DNA of 64,000 nucleotides from a virus: IMG/VR virus record IMGVR_UViG_3300036792_000198, positions 1 to 64,000 of that record; one strand, 5' to 3'. Shown piece by piece: positions 57,810 to 64,000 of this stretch (position 1 is its first letter; each line of letters starts with the position of its first letter). The notes under the pieces were generated by a model. It saw only the letters and a program-made list of their open reading frames with translations, ran no database searches and was not told where the DNA came from. The position numbers and the translations under genes were made by a program.

Positions 57810-58643
57810 TTACTTGGTGTTAAGGATCGCGTAGGCGACGTCTTCGCCGACCTCAGGGCCGCTGCGGACGCCGGTGAACGCCATGAGGTGCAGGTTGGGG
57901 AAGTCCCGGGCGATGCTCTTGTAAAGGGTGACGGTGTTGTCGTGGTCGTCGCCCTCGCCGAGGATCGCCGCGAACCAGTGCTCGCCTGGCCAGAGGCCCT
58001 GGTACTGCTGCTCGAACTCGGCCAGGTACTGGCAGCGCTTCTTGTCCATTTCCAGCCGGTAGACGAATTCCTTGTAGTCCGTCATGGCCCCGTCGGTGAA
58101 CAGGACGTTCGCGCCCCAGGGCCGGCTCGCGACGGGTACGACGAGGCCGGTCTCCTTGTTCTTCCAGAACTCCTTGAGGTGCCGTTCGTCCAGGTAGCGG
58201 ACGGCGCCGCCGACCACCGTGCCGCCGCAGGGCACCGGCTTGTTGTTGCGCGGGTCGCGGAGCGCGGCGATCTTCCGGTGGAGGTTCTTGCTGTTGAGGT
58301 CGCCCACGGGAACGTAGGTGTCGTTGAAGAACGCGGACATGACCCCGCCCTCGTCGGCATCGGGGTCGTCGTTGTCGTCCTGCCCGGCGTGGGCGGCCTG
58401 CTCGGCCTCCATCTGGGAGTCGACGTGCTCAACGGCGGCCACGAGGACTTCCATTGCCTGCAGCTGCACCGGCCATACCGGGAAGGAGCGGTCCGGTGGT
58501 CCCCACTTCTCGGATTCGGAGCAGTCGGCGGCCATCTTGAGTTCCTTGAGGACGTCTTCCCCGAAGACCTCGACGATCTCGTGGCGCGGGGTGCGCTTGG
58601 CGGGGTCGCCGGTGACGGCCTCGGTTCGCTCGATCAGCTTCAT
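57810..58643 (-). CDS. hypothetical protein (277 aa)
   Basis: ATG at 58643 with aggag upstream, in the frame of track ORF 57810..58673. Confidence 0.6.
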   Translation of the reverse strand: MKLIERTEAVTGDPAKRTPRHEIVEVFGEDVLKELKMAADCSESEKWGPPDRSFPVWPVQLQAMEVLVAAVEHVDSQMEAEQAAHAGQDDNDDPDADEGGVMSAFFNDTYVPVGDLNSKNLHRKIAALRDPRNNKPVPCGGTVVGGAVRYLDERHLKEFWKNKETGLVVPVASRPWGANVLFTDGAMTDYKEFVYRLEMDKKRCQYLAEFEQQYQGLWPGEHWFAAILGEGDDHDNTVTLYKSIARDFPNLHLMAFTGVRSGPEVGEDVAYAILNTK

Positions 58644-58766
58644 GGGGCTCCTGTTCGCTGGGCTTCGCGGCACGGGGGGAGCCCCGCTCCCCCCTCTCAG
58701 AGAGTCTTATCATACACGTGTGTGCGGTACACGGCGGGCAGGCTCGCCGGCTTGTGACCAGCGCGC

Positions 58767-59012
58767 CTACGTGCCTGTGTCGAGCGGCCTGGTGCCGGTG
58801 CCGGGCCGGCTGATGGGCCGCGTGTCCCTGGCTGAGTCCACGGGCAGCAGGTCGGGGCGCGTCTCCCGGGTGATGGCCGCGCCGTGGGCGGCGGCCAGGA
58901 CCATGACGCGCCGGCGGGGGCGGCCTGCCCGGCTCAGGCGGAACGACCAGCCGATCAGTGTCAGGCCGACGGCCAGCGCGACCGGGCCGAGGAACGTGAG
59001 GAAGGTCTGCAC
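58767..59012 (-). CDS. small membrane protein
   Basis: GTG start. Contains FLTFLGPVALAVGLTLIGWSF. Confidence 0.45.
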   Translation of the reverse strand: MQTFLTFLGPVALAVGLTLIGWSFRLSRAGRPRRRVMVLAAAHGAAITRETRPDLLPVDSARDTRPISRPGTGTRPLDTGT

Positions 59013-59245
59013 GGGGTGAATCGTAACGGCAGCAGCCGGGTGCGGTGACGTGGCCCGTGCACCTCGCCGCAGCCACGGCAGTAAACGGGGGGGATTTTCT
59101 CCGCCTGCCGCTGAACGGGCGGCTCAGCGGTGCTCCACCGCCACTGCCTGCCCCGGACCAGGAACCAGACTGCGCCGGCTACCGAGCCGAACGAGCAGGT
59201 GATGAAGAACCAGAGGAACCACAGGTGAACCAGCAGGTCTAGCAT
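58961..59245 (-). CDS. small membrane protein with CxxC
   Basis: ATG at 59245 in the frame of track ORF 58961..59383. Contains LLVHLWFLWFFITCSFGSVAGAVWFLV and YCRGCG. Confidence 0.45.
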   Translation of the reverse strand: MLDLLVHLWFLWFFITCSFGSVAGAVWFLVRGRQWRWSTAEPPVQRQAEKIPPVYCRGCGEVHGPRHRTRLLPLRFTPCRPSSRSSARSRWPSA

Positions 59246-59478
59246 GCGTCGCCGCCGGCGTCGAACAGGGCGCCCTGGCCCAGGAACTCGTGCGGGTAGG
59301 TCGTCAGCCGCTCCGTGTCGTCGAACACCAGGCCGCACTGGCACCGGATCACCACGCAGTCCGGCCGGGCCGTCGCCTGCCATTCCGGGGATGCCGTCAT
59401 CTGGCGGGGCATGTAGTCCACCTCGTGAACCTGGCGGGTCAGGTTCGGGTCGGTGCCGTCACAGGTCCGCGTTGCCAC
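59239..59478 (-). CDS. hypothetical protein (79 aa)
   Basis: Track ORF. Confidence 0.5.
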   Translation of the reverse strand: MATRTCDGTDPNLTRQVHEVDYMPRQMTASPEWQATARPDCVVIRCQCGLVFDDTERLTTYPHEFLGQGALFDAGGDAC

Positions 59479-59788
59479 GGTACGCCTCCCTGCCCGCTTT
59501 CCGGAGGGCCGCCAGCTCCCGGGTCATCTTCCGTGCCTCCGCGCGCAGTACCTCCAGGGCCTCGACGGACAGCTTCCATGTGACCGGGCAGCCCTCGCCG
59601 TCGTACCCGGCGCACCTGAACTGCGGCGGGTAGCAGCTGCACAGGAAGCCGCAGCCGCGCGGCTTCAACCGCATCGGCCCGTGCACGGGGCAGCACGGGC
59701 CGTCCGGCCGGGCCTGGGCAGGGCTCACCAGGCCGGCCAGCGGGTCCGGCCGTTCAACAGCGGGGCTTGCGGAGGTACTGGTGCTCAT
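59459..59788 (-). CDS. Cys-rich hypothetical protein (109 aa)
   Basis: Track ORF. Contains CCPVHG...CGFLCSC...CAGYDGEGC. Confidence 0.5.
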   Translation of the reverse strand: MSTSTSASPAVERPDPLAGLVSPAQARPDGPCCPVHGPMRLKPRGCGFLCSCYPPQFRCAGYDGEGCPVTWKLSVEALEVLRAEARKMTRELAALRKAGREAYRGNADL

Positions 59789-59823
59789 CTCGCGTTCCTC
59801 AGTGATAAGTCAGAAGACAGGGC

Positions 59824-59887
59824 GGGCCGCCGGCAAGCGGGCGCAGGAAGGGGGGGGTGGCTTCCCCTGCGTACTCGCCGGCGGCCC
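59824..59887 (-). terminator. 11 bp perfect stem with large loop
   Basis: gggccgccggc (59824..59834) pairs with gccggcggccc (59877..59887). It lies directly downstream of the stop at 59890. The 42 nt loop weakens the call. Confidence 0.3.
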
Positions 59888-59889
59888 TT

Positions 59890-60153
59890 TTACCCGGCCA
59901 GCCCCCGGCCCGGCGCGGGACCACGCCAGGCCGGGGGAGCCGGGGGCTCCAGCGGCGGGAAACGGTCCGCTACCGTCACGTACGGGGGGTCGTCCTCGCA
60001 GGCGACGATGACGCGGGCAACCCAGGCGACCACGTCCTCGCCGATGACCTGCCCGTCGGCGGCGGTCACGGTGTAGTGGCGGCCGTTGGTGATCTCCCCG
60101 ACGGTCATTTTCCCGCCGATCACGGCGTCCCTGGTCCGCATTCCCGTGTTCAC
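59890..60153 (-). CDS. hypothetical protein (87 aa)
   Basis: GTGA overlap with the upstream stop. Confidence 0.5.
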   Translation of the reverse strand: MNTGMRTRDAVIGGKMTVGEITNGRHYTVTAADGQVIGEDVVAWVARVIVACEDDPPYVTVADRFPPLEPPAPPAWRGPAPGRGLAG

Positions 60154-60794
60154 CGGCGGCCCTCCCCTTCGCTGCCAGGGTACGGGCCGTCGTTGTAGTG
60201 CCAGGCGGTCACGTTCCCCCGGCTCACCCGTCCGCTCGCCAGGAAACCCGAGCCGGACAGCTGCGGGCCCGGCACGCCGAAAGAGCGCATCATCCGTTCC
60301 GCGATCTCGCCCGCGATCCGCTTCGTGCAGTACGGGCAGTCATCGGGAACCGGGCACTGGTCCAGGCCGACCCTTTCCAGTGCCTTGAAGTGCCCGGCTT
60401 CCCGGTCTTCGGGCAGCTCGGACAGGGAATGCCAGGTGACCGCCGTCACCTCGGCTACCGGCCGGGCGGGCGGGAAAGCCGGGATACCGGCGACCGTGGT
60501 CATGCCGGGCGGCGGCTCGCTCAGCTCCCAGCCAAGCTCGGCCTCCATTGCCCGCAGCTGCTCCCAGTCTTCCGGGGTCATACGGCAGGCAGGAAGCGCC
60601 GGCGGTTTCGGCGGGTCCAGGAGGCGGCTGAGCGCCGTCGCGGAAGCCGCAATCGCGCAGAGCAGCCCCACGGCGATCCCCGTGGACCCGGCCGCCGAGG
60701 GCGCGGCGCCCGTGAGGTGCGCGAAGCCGACACCGCCCCAGTAGCCGCAGCCGACGATGACAGCGAAGCACCGGGTGCCGCGCAGGAAACTCAT
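60150..60794 (-). CDS. membrane protein (214 aa)
   Basis: ATG at 60794 forms an ATGA overlap with the upstream stop. Contains CFAVIVGCGYWGGVGFAHL and IAVGLLCAIAASATAL. Confidence 0.55.
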   Translation of the reverse strand: MSFLRGTRCFAVIVGCGYWGGVGFAHLTGAAPSAAGSTGIAVGLLCAIAASATALSRLLDPPKPPALPACRMTPEDWEQLRAMEAELGWELSEPPPGMTTVAGIPAFPPARPVAEVTAVTWHSLSELPEDREAGHFKALERVGLDQCPVPDDCPYCTKRIAGEIAERMMRSFGVPGPQLSGSGFLASGRVSRGNVTAWHYNDGPYPGSEGEGRR

Positions 60795-61108
60795 GTGCTT
60801 CTCCCTCCCCTTGGCCGGCGCCACTGGCCTGCCTCCGGGCACGTCGCAAAGTGACTGGTACCGCCCTGGCGTCCCCCGGCTGGGCGCTCACCCTGGCGAA
60901 GGTAGCGGAACCTGAGCACGGTAGCGGGAGTACCCGTGGACGTCGGGATCACCGGGACAGGCCACACTTCCAGCCTGCCCTGCGGGTCGCCGAGCGAGCC
61001 GTGGTCAACGGGCACCGTCTTCGGCTTGCCCTGGTCATTGAACTCCTCGGGCCACTTCACCGCCCAGTCAACCTCGGCATGGCACGAGCCGCATTCCGCG
61101 CTAGCCAC
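60791..61108 (-). CDS. CxxC ... HFATCP zinc-finger-like small protein
   Basis: GTG at 61108 (alternative ATG at 61141). ECGSCHAEVDW...DPQGRLEVW...HFATCPE matches a small family common on actinobacterial phages and plasmids, from memory. Confidence 0.55.
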   Translation of the reverse strand: MASAECGSCHAEVDWAVKWPEEFNDQGKPKTVPVDHGSLGDPQGRLEVWPVPVIPTSTGTPATVLRFRYLRQGERPAGGRQGGTSHFATCPEAGQWRRPRGGRST

Positions 61109-61289
61109 GGACCTGCCTTTCCCTTGCCCGGCGCAGTGCAACGTACCCGGTCACGGTCACGGCGGTCACCGCGAACACGGCAAGCAGAACCTGACGCCAG
61201 GGATTCGGCACCCACAGGGACACCGCCTCGCCGATCAGGGCGCCGACGACAAGCGCAACCGCGAGTTCCCGGTTAACCTTCACTGCCAC
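61101..61289 (-). CDS. small membrane protein (62 aa)
   Basis: Track ORF with two hydrophobic helices. Confidence 0.5.
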   Translation of the reverse strand: MAVKVNRELAVALVVGALIGEAVSLWVPNPWRQVLLAVFAVTAVTVTGYVALRRARERQVRG

Positions 61290-61594
61290 CCGCCGCCTCT
61301 CGCTTCCCCAGGTACGCGGCCAGCCTGATCACCCGCCGGGTGCGGGTGGTCGGTGGCCGCGTGCCAGTCCTCATGCGCCCACTGCTGGTCGCCGAACACG
61401 CGCCGGTCATCGGTCTGCACCAGCGCGTAGCAGCGCGGGCAGATCCCTAGCGCCAGCCACCCGCCGGAACGGTCAACGGCGCCGCCGGCGATCGACAGGT
61501 CGTCTGTCTTGATGGCACTGTGGAGCCAGCCGGCCATGTGCCACTTGCCCTGGTCGGGGCCGCTGGCGATGACGAACCAGTCGCCGCTAGCCAC
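61280..61594 (-). CDS. hypothetical protein
   Basis: GTG at 61594 (alternative ATG at 61615), in the frame of track ORF 61280..61615. Confidence 0.5.
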   Translation of the reverse strand: MASGDWFVIASGPDQGKWHMAGWLHSAIKTDDLSIAGGAVDRSGGWLALGICPRCYALVQTDDRRVFGDQQWAHEDWHAATDHPHPAGDQAGRVPGEARGGGWQ

Positions 61595-61958
61595 GGCTGG
61601 CCCGCTCCCGGTCACGGCGCACCCGGTCGGCTAGGCCGCCGCTGTCGTAGCGGCTGTCGATCACCGGCTCGGGGTCGCCGGCCGGCTCCGGCTGGTCCAG
61701 GTAGCCGTCCTGGCCGGCACCCTGATAGCTGTGCTCAGGGGACTTGCGGAAGATGATCGCCACGCAGGACGCCGAGGAGACCAGGGCGAGCAGGAACGCG
61801 ATGCCGCCGCTGGTGGCGCCCATGGCGCGGGAGGCGGTGTAAAGGGTGAACGCGGCGAGCACGATGCGGGTCACCTCGCCCCGGTAGCCCCTGCGCCACA
61901 GCACGACCAGGAACACGACGGTAGCCAGGAGCGGGATGACCCGCAGCAGCCCGCTCAC
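61587..61958 (-). CDS. membrane protein (123 aa)
   Basis: GTG at 61958 forms a GTGA overlap with the upstream stop, in the frame of track ORF 61587..62198. Contains three hydrophobic helices. Confidence 0.55.
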   Translation of the reverse strand: MSGLLRVIPLLATVVFLVVLWRRGYRGEVTRIVLAAFTLYTASRAMGATSGGIAFLLALVSSASCVAIIFRKSPEHSYQGAGQDGYLDQPEPAGDPEPVIDSRYDSGGLADRVRRDRERASRG

Positions 61959-62398
61959 AGGCCGGCCTGCAGCGTGAGCGGGTTCCCGGCCAGCACAGCC
62001 TGGGCCTCGCGGATCAGGGACGCCCAGCTGAGCAGGTCCGCCCGCACCTTCCCGCCGCCCTGCACCTGCTCGTGCTGGCCGAACCAGCGGGCCACCTGCT
62101 CCAGCTGGGCCGGGTTGACGGCATTCAGCGCGGCGGCGATCCGGCTGGCCTCCTGCTGGGCGGGTGTCTCCTGGTAACCTTCCAGCCACCCTTCCCACAG
62201 AACGGCCCCGTTGCCTTCGAGCACCCGGGCGTACCTGTCGTGGGAGATGTTAGACAGGCCCGTGTCGGCGTAGTCGGCGATGCAGAAGCCGACGGTGTCC
62301 TCGGTTGCCTGCTCGATCGCACTGCGAACGGCTGGCTCGGTGAACTCCGGGTCCGCCTCGATGACGGTCTTGCCGAATGACCATGCCTGAATTTCCAT
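61955..62398 (-). CDS. hypothetical protein (147 aa)
   Basis: ATG at 62398 with gagagagagggag upstream, in the frame of track ORF 61955..62560. Confidence 0.6.
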   Translation of the reverse strand: MEIQAWSFGKTVIEADPEFTEPAVRSAIEQATEDTVGFCIADYADTGLSNISHDRYARVLEGNGAVLWEGWLEGYQETPAQQEASRIAAALNAVNPAQLEQVARWFGQHEQVQGGGKVRADLLSWASLIREAQAVLAGNPLTLQAGL

Positions 62399-62436
62399 GC
62401 GCGTGCTCCCTCTCTCTCGGTCCCCCCAGGGGGGCT

Positions 62437-62964
62437 TTACGGCGGCGGGGCGCCTGCCTGGGCCAGGTCGGCCTGCCGCGCCTCGGCCAGGTTGCGGCTG
62501 AACGCTGACTGCCACTGGGACCGCATGCCGGCGGGGTCCGGGGTGATGTCCGGCGACCATCCCTGGCAGACAATCGCGGCGACCAGGGACGCGGCTACTT
62601 CCGCTGCGTCCGCGTCACCGGAACGACCCTGGCAGCGCAGATCGCACCCCTCAGCCCAGTGGAGGGTGCCCGTGGCTACCTGGCTCACGATCGTCGCGGC
62701 GCTCTGGTACCCGTACCCGGGGTCAAGCGGCAGGACGGCGAACTCGTGGGTCGCGCCCGGGAAGGCACGGTGAAGCGGGGCCAGCCCCGGGTAGTCGGCC
62801 AGGGATATCAGGGCGGCGGCATACTGGTCCCGGTCGGGATGGTAGCCGGGCGCGTTGACAAGCCAGTGCTGCATGACGGGCGCGCACCGGGGCACGTCAG
62901 GTACCGGCAGCGGCAGGGCGATGCCCCATGACCCGGTGACGGGCCCGTAACTGACCATGACCAT
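62437..62964 (-). CDS. hypothetical protein (175 aa)
   Basis: ATG at 62964 with aaggaga upstream, in the frame of track ORF 62437..63252. Confidence 0.6.
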   Translation of the reverse strand: MVMVSYGPVTGSWGIALPLPVPDVPRCAPVMQHWLVNAPGYHPDRDQYAAALISLADYPGLAPLHRAFPGATHEFAVLPLDPGYGYQSAATIVSQVATGTLHWAEGCDLRCQGRSGDADAAEVAASLVAAIVCQGWSPDITPDPAGMRSQWQSAFSRNLAEARQADLAQAGAPPP

Positions 62965-63013
62965 CCTCGTTCTCCTTACACATGAGGATACTCCCTGGGC
63001 CTGGGGAAACGCG

Positions 63014-63781
63014 CTAGCTTTGACAGCCCGCGTTTCGCGGGGCCCGCCTGCCCTGCCGCAAGAGACAGGCGGGCGCACTCGGGGCAGCCCGGGGGCCCAG
63101 CCCGCCGGGCCGTTCTTTTTCCCCTGAACGTAACACCCCGGCGGCCGGCCAGGCAGCGGGCTTCCAGGCGCGCATCGACTGCAGCAGCAGGTCGGCGGCG
63201 CGGGCCTCCGGGTCGCCGAGGGCACCCCGGGCGTCCTCCAGCAGGCGGCCAAGCTCGGCCCGGTCCTCCACGGTGAACACCAGGGTTATCTCGGTCAGCT
63301 CGCCGCCGGCCGGCCGGCCCCCGCCCGGCGGGCTGCCGTCGCCGTCCCGCTCCGGGGGAGTGAGGCGGGCCACCAGGTCGTCGAGGTCGTCACCGTCGAA
63401 CGCCGCGCCGGCCAGGCCGCGCGGGGTGACGGCGAGGCCCTGGAGCAGGGCGACCAGCTTGGACTCGTTGTTGGCGCCGCGCCGGCCGGACTCGTTGTAC
63501 TCGGCCAGCAGCCGGTCACGGGTGTCATCGTCCACGTCGCACCAGATCACCGGCAGCGTCCTCATGTCCGTCAGCTGGGCGACCCGCCAGCGGGTCTCGC
63601 CGTCGATCAGGATCCCCGTGCTCTCCTGGGCGAGGACCGCCCCGGCGAACCCGTTGGCATCGAGCAGCTCACACAGCAGGCCCTGGTCACCCTGATTAGG
63701 ATTCGCCGGGTGCGGGGTGAGGCGGCCCAGGGGGACCGCCTCCTCGTACCGCTGCTTAACGAAGGCCGGAACTCCTGCCAT
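63014..63781 (-). CDS. ParB-like nuclease domain protein
   Basis: LTPHPANPNQGDQGLLCELLDANGFAGAVLAQESTGILIDGETRWRVAQLTDMRTLPVIWCDVDDD fits the ParB N-terminal domain pattern (HP.NPR...; idG.hR..Aa). Confidence 0.75.
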   Translation of the reverse strand: MAGVPAFVKQRYEEAVPLGRLTPHPANPNQGDQGLLCELLDANGFAGAVLAQESTGILIDGETRWRVAQLTDMRTLPVIWCDVDDDTRDRLLAEYNESGRRGANNESKLVALLQGLAVTPRGLAGAAFDGDDLDDLVARLTPPERDGDGSPPGGGRPAGGELTEITLVFTVEDRAELGRLLEDARGALGDPEARAADLLLQSMRAWKPAAWPAAGVLRSGEKERPGGLGPRAAPSAPACLLRQGRRAPRNAGCQS

Positions 63782-64000
63782 TGCGCGCTGCCTCCTGGCC
63801 GGGGGCTAACTCCGCCACGTGCCTGACCGCACGCCGGGCCTGGTCGCCCCGCTGGTAATGCCTGTCCACCTCAGTGTCGTGCACCGCATGGCCGTCAAGC
63901 AGGCCGTCCGCAGTATCGTCGTCACCGAACACCCGGAACAGGTCGGCGGCGGTGTCGGCCTCCAGGCAGGTGATGGTGAGGCCCACGTCGGCGTGCGCTG
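63756..64000 (-). CDS. hypothetical protein, 5' end probably outside window
   Basis: Track ORF 63756..63986. The frame remains open to nt 64000. Confidence 0.4.
   Translation of the reverse strand, partial: AHADVGLTITCLEADTAADLFRVFGDDDTADGLLDGHAVHDTEVDRHYQRGDQARRAVRHVAELAPGQEAARNGRSSGLR

Noticed and set aside
58709-58714. A third TATGAT hexamer (minus strand) upstream of gene 57810..58643, followed by an 8-9 bp hairpin (58674..58694). Considered as another copy of the conserved promoter/leader element.
   Set aside because: Only the hexamer is shared. The downstream leader has no similarity to the 45 nt element, so it is not reported as the same motif. It may still be an ordinary promoter.

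Overview
High-GC (about 70% by eye, not computed) actinobacterial tailed phage or prophage segment, probably Streptomyces-like. No rRNA, CRISPR array, transposase or integrase was recognised. Genes run on the + strand from about 2.3 kb to 52.6 kb, then on the - strand from 52.9 kb to the window end. (1) 2..1984 is the 3' part of a large unknown gene. (2) 2.0-8.8 kb holds small early-type genes, a LexA-N-terminal-like wHTH protein, an orphan C5 cytosine methyltransferase on the - strand and an RHH protein. (3) 8.9-33.9 kb is a Mu-like head module: portal, short MuF, gpI-like protease/scaffold, major capsid and a DUF1320-type adaptor. Two large insertions interrupt this head module. (3a) An 11 kb block of five large proteins (14684..25738) carries an R-S-E type ADP-ribosyltransferase domain, an Arr-type ADP-ribosyltransferase domain and a zincin motif, all linked by a recurring short peptide. 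I rank this block as the most interesting thing in the window: a candidate set of capsid-packaged, injected effectors. (3b) A 3.8 kb block of paralogous beta-sandwich and small proteins lies between capsid and adaptor. (4) 34-52 kb is a siphovirus-type tail module: major tail protein, G/GT chaperones needing a -1 shift, a 1464 aa tape measure, a Gly-rich minor tail protein, and fibre-like proteins with LSGSGTL repeats and DUF4082-like domains. A low-GC homing-endonuclease-like gene interrupts this module. (5) tRNA-Met(CAT) at 52553..52629 is followed by a strong hairpin and about 250 bp of non-coding DNA. (6) 52.9-64 kb is a - strand arm of small membrane, lipoprotein and Cys-rich proteins plus a ParB-like nuclease-domain protein. 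I did not recognise a terminase, endolysin, holin or integrase. Two or three apparent +1 frame breaks, including one in the portal gene, suggest assembly indels, decay or recoding. All family names come from motif recognition by eye, and no searches were run.
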